DNA of 64,000 bases. Source: Octopus vulgaris. Its lineage: Eukaryota. The notes beneath the pieces were generated by a model. It was given only the letters and a program-made list of their open reading frames with translations. It ran no database searches and was not told the DNA's origin. Positions 1 through 12,030 of this stretch are shown here, piece after piece. Made by a program: the position numbers and the translations under genes. Every line of letters starts with the position of its first letter. Within the stretch, counting starts at the first letter, position 1. The stretch covers positions 5,270,001 to 5,334,000 of the forward strand of contig OX597823.1 of the NCBI GenBank assembly GCA_951406725.2. The letters are read 5' to 3'.

Positions 1-1249
1 GCAGTTAAAAAATTTCTTTAAAAGTTTCTGTAGAAGATAACACTTCAAGTTGAGCGTAAGTTGTACCCAATATATTCTAATGTACAATATATTCGGTTAT
101 GGTTGTTATTTAGCCAAGCAAAAGCAACTAGATAGAAATGTGCTTTTCCCAGTATATAAATTGTGTTGGTTTTATGTTGTATATTGTATGTTTCTGATAG
201 CTTTGCAAATTGCTGACAATTATTATACCTTCTGAACAGTGAAAAGTGATTCATAATGGTTGACTCAGCACAACAACATTCTCTAACTTTCATGGTCTAT
301 GGCTTTGTTACCTGCTCATACATCATTGTATTGCACTGTGTCTATGGGCAAAGCAATAAACTTCCTGGCTTTAACTTTCTAGCTTTGTTACGAGAAACAT
401 TTGAAATACTTTCTTTGTAGGAATCGACACAGTTTAAATTATGCAAGGATGAGATTTTCATTGTTTTCAAACAAAGGGTAGAGTATCAATGAAGTTTTAT
501 TAACTTCGGGAATTTCATTGAAATTGCCAGTACTTGGCTTGTACTTTAATCTCTTTATTTTATTGACCCTGAAAGGTTGAAAGGCAAAGTTAACCTCAGC
601 AAGCATGTAATGAGTCAGAAGAAATACTGCCAAAGATCTTCTTTACTTCTCAAACAACCCTGCCAGTCAATTGCCTTAAAAATGGTAATTGCTTTAATGT
701 CTGTTTCTCCATGCTTGCAAGGGTCAGGTGGGGTTAATTAAGCAGATTCTGCATGGCTGGATGTTCTGCCTGTTGTCACCTCTCGCCTGTTTCTAAACCA
801 GGTAATATTTCTCCAGGGCCAGACATGTTTTCACTGAAGATTGGAAATGAATGACACTGCTTTTATAACAGTAACACTCCTTTACAACTATTAATAGATG
901 TCAAAACATTGGAGATACAAACACACACCTGGGCGTACGGCAGGTGTCTTTCAGTTTCTACCAAATCACCTCACAATGTTTTGCCCAGCCCAGATCAAAA
1001 GTAGAAGATACCCAAGCTGCTATACAGTGGGACTGAACCTGATGCTGTGTGGTTGGAAAACAAACTCCTGAAATTCTGGGAGAGGGGATAGTTCATTGCA
1101 ATAACCCCGCAGCTCAACTGGTACTTATTTTATCAATCTCCAAAGAATGAAAGGCTCAGCCAACTTCACTAAAATTTGAACTCGGAGACAGATGAAGTGC
1201 TGCCAAGCCTTTTGCCCAATGTGCTCACAATTCTGCAAACTCACCATCT

Positions 1250-1281
<32 letters not shown>

Positions 1282-1433
1282 GTTTCTGTTTTAGGCACAG
1301 GACTAATGGTTCCGAGGGGAAGGATGTAAGTTGATACCATCAACCTTAGTACTGGGCTGGTACTCGATTTTATTGAGAATTTATTCATGTTAATATGTCT
1401 GCTCCTGACCTTCTTCCATACATGAACATTATT

Positions 1434-1469
<36 letters not shown>

Positions 1470-2269
1470 ATAACCTCTTCCTTGGCAATCCATTACATTG
1501 CTCACTAGGTGTTACCTCACACCATCTCAACACACACACATTGTGCGTGTGTGTGTGTGTGCATACACACACACACACACTCACTTGTTCCTGCATGTCT
1601 TTATACAGTTAACAAAAGGGCTATGGAGTATAAATCAATGCAAATTAATAGTTTGTTCCACCTACCATATTAAGATATCATTAACCTTTCTCTCTGTTTT
1701 ACTGATCTGCAAGAAGCCAGCTTAATCCAAGCTATATAATCTGCTTTAGGGTTCAAATAGAGTTAACCCCCAGTTAAACTGGATCAGCTGTCAGCTAGTT
1801 TATAACTCAGCCTACACATTCATAGTAATTTCTCACTCATCATTCGTGTTGACTTCACATGTTTATCAAGTGGCCTTTAATCCTCTTCCTTCTTCCTCTC
1901 TTCCTCCCCTCCTTTTCCCACTTCTTCTTCTTCTTCCCCCTCCCTCCGTCTTCTTCTTCTGATTTTGTTTCCATTACTTGCCACTTGTCTCCTTGACACC
2001 TAGGGCAAAGAAATTCACTGTATATATTGATAGACCATTAAAACAAAAACACCAGGTTGTTCATTTACAAAGTCATGTGATAGAAAAAAAGGAAAGAAGA
2101 AAAGTCTTTTGAAAAAATCAAAAAGAAAACAAAAAGGAAAGAAAATTCTCGGGGCCAGTGCTCTCGTCTCAACACGTGTGACCAGTTACGACAATCTTTT
2201 GCCTGGATGGTAATCCAGGGATCATACTCAAAAAATTTTTCAGTTCTTTTTTTTCTTCCCCCTAATCAT

Positions 2270-2717
2270 CGCAAGTTGGCAGAATCGTTAGCATGTGGAG
2301 TGCTGAGCAGCATTTCTCCAGACTTCACATTCTAAGTTCAAATGCTACTGGGGTTGACTTTGCTTTTCATCCTTTCAGGGTGGATGAAATAAGTACCAGT
2401 CAAGCACTGGGGGGTCAATGTATTTAATTACCCCCACCCCTTCCCCACCAAAATTTTACGCCTTTATCCTTATAACACAAGGCATTATTATTATTATTAG
2501 TAGTAGTAAGGCAACAAGCTGGCAGTCATTAGCTCACTGGGCAAAATGCTTAGCAGTATTTTGTCTGTCTTCACATTCCAAGTTCAAATTCCACCAAGGT
2601 CGACGTTGCTTTTCATCCTTTCAGGCTCAGTAAAATAGTACCAGTCGAGTACTGGGGTTGACATAATTGACTTAGCCGAACCCAAAATTGCTGGCCTTGT
2701 GCCAAAATTTGAAACCA

Positions 2718-2750
<33 letters not shown>

Positions 2751-3200
2751 GTAGTAGTAGTAGTAGTAGTATTAAAGTGGCAAGCTAGCAGAATCATTAA
2801 TGCATTGAACAAAATGCTTTGCAATATTTATTCCAGATTTCTACATTCTGAGTTCAAATCTTTGCTTTTCATCCTTTCAGGGTTGATAAAATAAAGTACA
2901 AGTACTAGGGATAGATTAACAGCCTTCCCTCAAAACTGTTGGCCCTGTGCCTAAATTTGAAACAGTTGTTATAATTAAGTCAGTGCATTGGTAGAATCAT
3001 TAGCACATCAGGGAAATTCCCTTGGTGTATTTCTTCTGGCTCGTTACATTCTGGGTTCAAATTCTGTTGAGGTTAATCTTGCCTTTTTATTATTTAAAGA
3101 TCAGTAAAATAAAGAAACTTAAGTACCAGTCAAATAATGAGGTCAATGCAATCAATTACCCCTTCCCCAAATTTCTGGTCTTGAGTCTGTATCAGAAACA
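2270..3200 (+). repeat. Head-to-tail array of 4 tRNA-derived SINEs with Nin/Deu-type core
   Basis: Repeated gagctggcagaatc (A box) ... gagttcaaat (B box) ... gcttttcatcctttcggggttgataaaataagtacc core, separated by (ATT)n/(AGT)n. Confidence 0.8.
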
Positions 3201-3429
3201 AATGGGTAGATGATAATTATATAGAATCTTATCAGGTGGATTCTACCTGGAATTCAAAAGGCTCGGCCTTGTCATATACACACTGAGTCAACCACTTGTA
3301 TGTTAATTCAGGGGCAGGTAATTCAGTAGATCAAACAACTGAATCCTCATTGTTGAATGTCAGTGATCCACCATATTGTGGTACCTACTGTTCAGTTATT
3401 CTAGTCATCAAAATTTTCTACAATTTTGG

Positions 3430-4470
3430 GCTTACCAAGTTCACCTGCAGCCTTTTCGGAGACATAATTCTGCCACTTGTGTAACGTGTTGTTTCCGCAC
3501 ACACTTATATTACAAATGACCAGTTGTAAATTGAGACAAATCTTATCATGGCATCACCTATATTCTTTCTGAGGTAACATCTTGAAGCATGCTTCCTACC
3601 ATATGTCTCATATTTTCCACTTAATGATTACATAGGTATGACTTGTTCAGTGGACAGGTGTTTAGAGCTTCATTTTGAGAAACCAACATCAAACACTTTG
3701 CTCCTTTCTTTAAATCCACAATCCAAAGCTCCTCCCATGACTTCCCATATTCTTGATGGTCTCTGTGAACCTATACCCTCTTTTGGAAATTATTCTGCTT
3801 TCCTATGTCTTCTTCAAGTTCATCACAAATAAAAACTAATTCTATCGCAGCATCTTTAAGTGGTTCTTCACTCTTTACTGACCCCAGTTCTTCATTCACT
3901 CAATCCGAAATGCTAATAAGTCCTCCCCCTCCAGTCTTCCATTATATGTATAAACAATGACATTTGCCCCTGGGTGAAGCACTTCATGCATAATTAGGCT
4001 TTTTCTCATTCTCCTTTGTAACATGTCTGTTTCATCTTTCGTCTAGTTTTTTAGAATACTCGACAGCATCTAGCTGTCACATTTATCAAATTCCTTGAAT
4101 TAAGTTTGAATTTCAATACAATCTTTAATTATTTTCAAACATATTTTTTAAACTTCTTGTTCCACTTTCTTGTGTGTGCTGTCAAGTTCCAGTATACCAA
4201 GAGATTTGTGACCATTATCATCAAGTTCTAAAACCCATTCTTCCAATAAGATTATTCCATTGGTATGGGCTCCCTTTCCTTTCTCCATGGCTAAAGTCAC
4301 TCATTTGGATATACCAAACTCTATTCTAATATCACTACAACACTCTTTTACCAGTTTAATATTTGATTTGATCACTTTGCCAGACTTTGTAAATACATCC
4401 ATGAAGAAATGATTTTGAGAAAGTGAATTTCTCGCTAGTTTATTGCCTAAGTTGACTTTTCTTTCTAAGA
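3430..4470 (-). mobile_element. Highly degenerate R4/Dong-like non-LTR retrotransposon fragment
   Basis: Minus-strand remnants HKSLGILELD, LKFKLNSRNLI, RKSLIMHEVLHPGANV and GGGG. These resemble YKYLGILE.D, LKS.LN..N.I, RK.L.....LHP..DV.RLY and GGRGL. Confidence 0.55.
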
Positions 4471-5209
4471 GTCATGAAAATAGGTATTATTATTATTATT
4501 ATTATAAAAGCAGTGAGCTGGCAGAATCATTAGAGTGTTGGACAAAATGCCGTGCAAGTATGTTTTCCAGCTCTTGATGTTGTGGTTACAACTCCAGCTG
4601 GGGGTCGACTTCACCTTTCATCTTTTGGTGTCAATAAAATAAAGCACCAATCACCACCACCACCATCACCATCATCATTTAACGTCCACCTTCCATGCTG
4701 GCATGGGTTAGATGGTTTGATAGGAGCTGGCCAGGCAGGAGCCTGCACCAGACTTCTGTGTTTGTTTTGGCAGGGTTTTTATGGCTGGATGCTCTTCCTG
4801 ACACCAACCACTCTGCAAAATAGACTGAGTGCTCTTTATGTGGCACAAGCACAGGTGAGATCAGTTTGGTATGGTTTTTGCAGCTGGGTGCCCTTCCAAA
4901 TGCCAACCACTTTACAATGTGGATTGGATGCTCTTCAAGTGTCACCAGCACTGGCAGGGTCACCAAGTAACATGCAAGAAGTACTGAAATTGAATGAATC
5001 AACTAAACCCTTTTCCCCTCAAAATTGTTGACCTTGTACATAAATCCACAGAGTTGGTGAAATCTTTAGAGTATCAGATAAAATGCTTCATGCCATTTCT
5101 TCCAGGTCTTACCTGTTAAAGTTGTAGGTCATTACAGGTATAGCTAAGGTATTGATTGCCTCAATCCTGTTTTTCACATTAAGTTGGCTCTTCAGGATAG
5201 TTTTAACTC

Positions 5210-5530
5210 TATGATAACATTATTTCTGTATTCTTTGCACATTTGTGGATGCTGGGTGTCCTCCCCTTCTCATACACCTTAATATTTGTAATTTTTTTCC
5301 TAGATTCTAAGTCCTTGATGTTAGTACACTTGTTTTTCTCTTGAAGAATGCAGTTTTAGCACATTTGTCATGACCAAACTCCATTCCAATATCGTCACTG
5401 TTAAAAGTCATTCCAGTTATTGATTATCTTTTATGAAAAGCTTTAGATCATTCCTGTACAATTGGTGATTGATTTGTCTTTCATCCACTCTGCACTCATG
5501 ATTTCTACCATTCAGCAGCTTACTTAGAGG
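5210..5530 (-). mobile_element. R4/Dong-like RT fragment
   Basis: Minus strand INHQLYRNDLKLF and SDDIGMEFG.DKCAK. Confidence 0.6.
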
Positions 5531-8500
5531 AACACCATTTCATCTGTCTTCACATTCTGATTTCAAATTCCACTGAAGTCAACTTTGCTTTATTTTATCA
5601 ACCTTTCGGGGTTGATAAAATAAATACCAGTTGAACACTAGGGTCAACATAATTGACTTTCCCCTCCTCTCCAATTTGCTGAACTTGTGTCAAATTTAAA
5701 AAAAGAATTATTATTTTGTTAGTATTGTCATTATTACTTACTTTGACCTCTTTTTCTTAAAATCTTTGCTATTTGCCAGTTGAAGCAATATTCTTCACAT
5801 TATCCCTCTAGTAGGGCATCTTTCCCTTTGAACCATAAATTTTTGACCAAAATAAAACTATTATTATCGTAACTGAAACTTGAGCATGCCATTTCATCCT
5901 TTTTCCCATTCTGAGTTCAAATTCTGCTGAGGTGATTTTTGCTTTTCATCCCTTCAGGCTCAGTAAAATAAATATCAGTTGAACACTAGGGTCAATGTAA
6001 TCGACTGAGCCCCTCTCCCCAAATTTCAGGCCTTCTGCCAGTAGAAAGGATTATTATTGGGCGTTTTCTTTTATAGCCCTGAGCTGATCAGTGCTTTGTG
6101 AGTCAATTTGTAGATGGAATCTGTATGGAAGTCTTTGGTGTGTCTATATCTGTGTGTGTTTGTGTTTGTATCCCCACTGCTTGACAACTGGTGTTGGTTC
6201 GTTTACATCCCTGTAACTTAGCAGTTCAGCAAAAAGAACCAATGGAATAAGTGTCCGACTCAAAATAAGTACCATGGGCAATTTGTTCAACTAAACATTA
6301 AAAAGTGGTGCTCCAGGCTGGCCTGAATCCGATGACTGAAATAGTGAAAAAGAGAGAGAACACTTATGCCATTGTAAAAGTCAGGTGTAAAACATTCTCT
6401 TAAATACAGCAGTGGTGGTGGTCAAAAGTGGATATATGAAGGCAATTCCTTTGATGGATTAAATCAAACCAAACAGTGGATTTAGTTAATTATATAGAAG
6501 CAATTTTAGTAGATAATTGGTTAGATTTATCATTAGCTACAAACTACTGATTTACAAACAGATTAGTCTTTATAAATTCAAATGAACTCACAAAATGGCT
6601 CTTAATGTAGAGGAGAGAGAGAGAGATTAAATAATGACCATCACTGGTCGACAATGGCTGGCTTAAAACAAATCCTTTACTATTTGTCTTTTTTCTTTCG
6701 CCAGTTTTCTTTTTTGTTTGTTTGGTTTGTGAAATCTGTGGAGACACTCAGCATTCAAGATTATACGGATCAGCTAAGGAGAGAATGCAGTTAGCTTTTT
6801 TGCGCTAACTGTTAAATGTCATTATCATAATGTTTGTTTTTCTAAGCTAGCATGGGTTGGACAGAGTTTATTGAGATGAATTTACTGTTGCTTGATGCTC
6901 TTCCTATTGCCAACCCCCACTTGCTCCCAAGCCAGAGATGTTGTCACGGAATATTCAAAATGAATGACACTTCCTGTATGACGGGGACAATCATTTACAA
7001 CAGTCACATGATGTGAAGACAAGGAGACATCCACACATACTGAAACTCACACTTACACATATATACGAGATGGGCTTCTTTCAGTTTCTCCCTACCAAAT
7101 CCACTTACAAGGCTTTCGTTAGCCTCAAGCTTTAGTAGAAGATACTTGCCCAAAGTGTCATGCAATGGGACTGAACCCGAAACCATGTGGTTGAGAAGCA
7201 TACTTCCTAGTGTGTGTGTCTGTGTGTCTGGCAAATATTTCTCCTACGTGCAAGCAAAGGGCTTGGAGAAATTAGGTTGTGTAGTAGTACCACAGTACCA
7301 TGTGTTTTCTGCTGCTACTCTTTGGGTGACTTTTGACCTTTGAGTGAGATTTCGGAGAGAGAAACCATGCAAGAAGCCCATTGTTTGTGTATGTCAGTGA
7401 TTTTATATGTACTGGTGCTGCACCCTTTCATATGGAAACGAAAATCAGCAACTTAGCTCTTCAATAAATCGAAATCAATAAAATAAATGCCAAACTGAAA
7501 CAAAATGGATCAGTTATATATATATAACCATTGAAGGAAGGCAGTGCTCCAGTAGGGCCACAGCTGAATGGCTAAAACTGATAAAAGAAGAGAAAAAGAA
7601 ATCAACCTTATCTGATGAGGGTGGGGGAGAAACAATTGCTTGTGGGGGTGGGGGCACTCTGAACTGACATTGGTGTTTTTAACTTCTTTTGCTTAAAGCA
7701 AGAATTTCTCTTCAGAGTAAACCAGTGTGAAAATGCTTCTTTACAGGTCAGATATGTCCCAAACATATTTGAATTGCTTTTTAAAGTCTATTTTCTAACA
7801 CTATTTCATTGCATAATTTTAAATGGAGAAGGTAGATTTATTGATGTCTTGCTTTACATAATCTCCTTATTTGTGATTGTTGATGATTTTATTTCATTAG
7901 GAAAAAGAGAAAAACAGTTTAGTGAAGAGGTAAGATCTGTTAGAAATATTTCTTGCAATTAAGGACTTGGAGAACATGTCCCCAGATTTAAATCTTGACC
8001 GACTTCAGTTTTTCATCATCATCATCATAATGTCCACTTTACAATACCTGGGTCAGACTTTTCTATGACCAGATGCCCTTCATGTTGCCAATAATCTTCA
8101 CTTGTTTCCAAGCGAGGTAGTATTTCCCTGACTGGACAAGATTTTTTATGGAAAACTGGAAGCAAGTGACTCCACATGTATGAGAGTGATGCTTGTTTAT
8201 AACTATCTCACGATGTCAAGACAATTAGACCACACACACACACACACACACACACACAGGGTGCAGGAAAAGACAAACAAAAACACTGCCACATTTTACA
8301 GGTTGACCAACATTTCAAGAGCAGATACAGTCTCAAACATGATGGTAACTGAGAAAAAAATAATAATAAAGGTAAAACATTAGCTTCATGAAGATACTAT
8401 TAGTAGCACCACACCAATGGCCATGTAATATGGAGGAGGTATTTCTACTAACAATGGACTTCTTTCAGTTTGTCTTTTAAATCCATTCACAAGGTTTTGA

Positions 8501-9559
8501 TAAGTTTAGGGCTTAAGTAAAAGTTATTTTCTCAAGGTGCCAAACAGGAGATCTTAAACTTGGAACCATGTGGGTGGGAGGTGAAATTGGTAACCATGCA
8601 ACCATGCTTGCACCTTATAAAATTGGCTAGTTTTACTATTATGTGCTAGAATTGTTAAAATATTGTATGTGATCGGGTTGTAAGCCATGTCATGTTGAAA
8701 ACACCAGTTCTTTTCTGATCAGCAAAGTTGATCCTAGTTAGTTCTTATATTGGTGACTATTTGGGAAACCAAGTTGCGATAAGTGAAATCTTTCAGTAGC
8801 AGGGCCATGGAAAGTCAACAACTTTCAAATAAATGAAGGTAAATGGCAAAATGCTTGAGTTCAAATCCTACCAAGGTTAAGTTTATCATTCATCTTTGAT
8901 AAAATAAATCCCAGTCAAGTACTGGGATGTTGATATAATCAAAAACGTTAACTCCCAAATGTGAGACCTTGAATGTGTGTAAGAAATCAGTGTGATATTT
9001 ATAGTCAAAGGGGAAGCAGCACAGCTTTGGTATAAGCTCTGACTTAACAGTATGTTGTTAAAGGTTTTGAGTGTGACCCTTGGTAGGGTAACTGTTCTCA
9101 CCTTCCACCACATGTTCATCCAAGAAAACCCCTGATCCATGTAGCAAGTCAAAACCCTTAAAAGTTAATTCTAATAACAATGTACAAAGATGTATTTCCT
9201 CTGATTTCACTAATTTTCTGTCAGCAATTATTCCACTACCTTTTTACTTTTTTGGTTATCTTTACCATAATTCATCAGGACAAAAAAAAAACCCCTTTCA
9301 TTTGCAAGGTCAGAATAGTATCCATGTTACATGGCTAAATTCTCATGTTAAACTATAGAATTGTCTACTAAGTTACTCTAGTTACAAGTTCAATATATTT
9401 CCTTAATGGTTATTTAGGCATCTTCAGTAATTCAGTATGGTTTGTTTCACAGTGAATTATTTTCTCTTGTTTATTAAACAGTCAGATGTTCATATGATTT
9501 CAAGTATTATATCAACTGCGATTAGGCATAGTTTTATTTATTTTAGTTTATTACTGACA

Positions 9560-9910
9560 GATCTCATTTCACTTAATCATTTATCTTTTAATAATATAAT
9601 ATATAATGAAATTATTGTATACAGTGCTCAGGTGCACCACAACTTGTCAGACAGTGTGTATAAAGTATATGCAGTAATGTACAAATGTCTGGAAAGCGAA
9701 CAGTGTATGAGTCAGATACATGCTTGTGTGTGTATGGAGGGGAGAAAATCAGGTGTAGTGTTGGTGAATCTCAGAAAGCATGGAAGTTTTGAAGGATGCA
9801 GTGCTCCGACAACTAACAACTGATGCCAGCAGTTTGTTCCGTGATTCAGCAACTCTCAGTGTGAAAAAATGTTTCCTAAAGTCATGGGAGCTGTGCTGTT
9901 TTCTGACTTT
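9560..9910 (-). mobile_element. 3' end of a CR1/L2-group LINE
   Basis: Minus strand FRKHFFTLRVAESRNKLLASVVSCRSTASFK resembles the CR1 ORF2 C-terminus R..FF..RV...WN.LP..VV.....FK. Confidence 0.65.
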
Positions 9911-10364
9911 TGCTGCTAGAATTTTGTCACACTATTTGGCAGTCTGGTCACGGACACATTTCCATTGCAGAACTGTCAGTAATCAGGTCACAGACAGTTC
10001 ATTGAAAATTTGGACACCAAATAGCAACTGATCGAATTAAATGAAGGTTTGTGTGTGTGTGTGTTTTGAATGGCTGATATGTGTGTTGGCCACTGTAAAT
10101 TGCTTTAGTTTGAAAACACAGCTTCAGATCAACTTATTTGCCCAAACAAAGTAAAATTCTGAAATTTAATTTCACATGTTAGTTAAGATCATTTCAAATA
10201 TCATTTGGTGTTAGGCAGTTCCATCTCATCACAAACTTCCTCCTCCATGCTTCCGTGACACACTTCCACACATATTAAACCTAAAGCCTAAAGCAAAACA
10301 TGACAAAATATATCCAATAATTTGCAAAATAAATTTTGGAAATATTTTTTTATCTTCTTCCTAG

Positions 10365-10505
10365 TTCCATCAAAGTTTAAGCCACGGCATCGGATACGTT
10401 CAACTGAATATCTCTCTCAGCTTCATGGGATATCTTGTAAAAAAGATGGTATGGAATGTAGTATCATGGATAACGACCACTGGAAAACGCCTCCCTTTTG
10501 GACTT
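10365..10505 (+). CDS. Sulf1: Extracellular sulfatase (Sulf1/2-like) internal exon: end of hydrophilic domain and start of C-terminal region
   Basis: Acceptor ttttttatcttcttcctAG and donor T|GTAAG. Translates PSKFKPRHRIR...CKKDGMECSIMDNDHWKTPPFWT, matching the Sulf motif C..PGLTCFTHDN.HWQTAPFW. Phase 1 at both ends, compatible with the next exon. The exact acceptor is less certain (alternative at 10421). Confidence 0.85.
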
Positions 10506-10894
10506 GTAAGCCATTGTATTTAATGCTTCTGTTTATTTTCCTATTCTAGAGAATGCCTCACCTATTTTCTCTCAATCCCCATACTTCCCCCAGTAGTTTT
10601 CACTAGTGCTCTTTTATTTCTTTGCAATTATTCTTCAAAAACACTGACATGATTTTTCAGTTTAAAGTTGCTGTTTTTTTTTTGTTTTTGCTTGCATTTT
10701 CTTCTTTTTCAATTTAAAGAAATCAATCACCTTAAGTAACATCTGTAGATATTTTGGCATCGTTTCGTAATTTAAAACATTAAATGTTTATAGTATATAT
10801 TTTTTGTTCAAAGTGGATAAGATATTTAGTGAGGTACTGTGGAGACTTTCATCCCTAAAAAAGGACATTTTTATTCAAATATAAATAATAATTA

Positions 10895-10977
10895 GTGTGT
10901 GTGTGTGTATATATGCATATATATATATATATGCATATATATATATATATGCATATATATATATATATATATATATA

Positions 10978-11039
<62 letters not shown>

Positions 11040-11063
11040 TACATACATATACACACACACACA
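10895..11063. repeat. Compound microsatellite (GT)n-(AT)n-(AC)n
   Basis: Seen directly; self-complementary. Confidence 0.95.
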
Positions 11064-12030
11064 CTTTTTTCTGCTTGGCCAAGAATAAATAACATTTTTT
11101 AATATTTATTTTCCTATTTGTGTTTTGCTTTTTATTTTCATGTCTTGCTTCTTTGAGTGAAACTTTTTGCATCCTTTATAATTTCTGTAGTTTTTAGATT
11201 ATATTTTTTCTCTGTTTTCACTCAGATTAAAACCATATCTTATCTGCTTTCGATGTTTGTAAATTTCAGATGAAACTTCCTTCTCCTATGCGAGATGGAA
11301 ATTTTCACAGTTAATTTCTTTTCACATAGATTTTAATCAAAATTTTATTTATCCTACTAAAGATATTTTTCTTTTAATATTTGAGTTTCATTGTTTTTTT
11401 TTTGTTGGTTATTTATTTATTTTATTTTTTTTGCTTTTTTTATGCTATTATATTTTTATAATTTTTTCTTAATCTTGATGAAGGGATTTTGTGCTTTTGA
11501 ATTTATTTTGTTGCTTTCCTGAATTAGTTATATCAATACAAGTTTTCCAGTGGTCTTTTAACACTACAAGGTATACATTTGAATAAAAATGTTCATCCAT
11601 CTATGAGGCATTCGACGACAGAGAATGTTCATCCTGCCGTTTAAAATCCACACATTTAATGCATCATGGAGTGGTTTTTGTGTTTTGATTTGAAAATATG
11701 TTGCAATAATTACAAATTTAATTATTTAATGATTTTTAATTTAAAAAAGAACATGGCTTTCATTGAGAGCACTGTATTTATTGTTGGTTAAATATATTTA
11801 AATGTATTTCCATATATCGATATTTAATTATTATACAATTGTTTTGGCTGGGAATGGAGTTTTGTTCCATGGTTTATTCAGTCAGAAGTGAAGACTTTTG
11901 CTAGATTTTTCTAGAGAAAAGCTTTGCAAAAGTAAGTTATCACAATTAGTTGAATAAATTGTTAGACAAGATTTGGCATTCCAATCAAAACTAATTCTAT
12001 AATAAATTTGATTCTATCATTATTATAATT

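Noticed and set aside
421-477. Possible upstream Sulf exon after tttctttgtAG
   Set aside because: No good donor, and no phase that joins downstream exons without a stop.
4552-5031. 159-aa and 107-aa ORFs
   Set aside because: They span nested SINE and RTE-tail repeats.
7600-7650. CTGATGA...GAAAC hammerhead-like words
   Set aside because: No stem II complementarity and no valid UH triplet; likely chance.
10855-11172. YIYI-repeat ORFs
   Set aside because: Translations of an (AT)n microsatellite.
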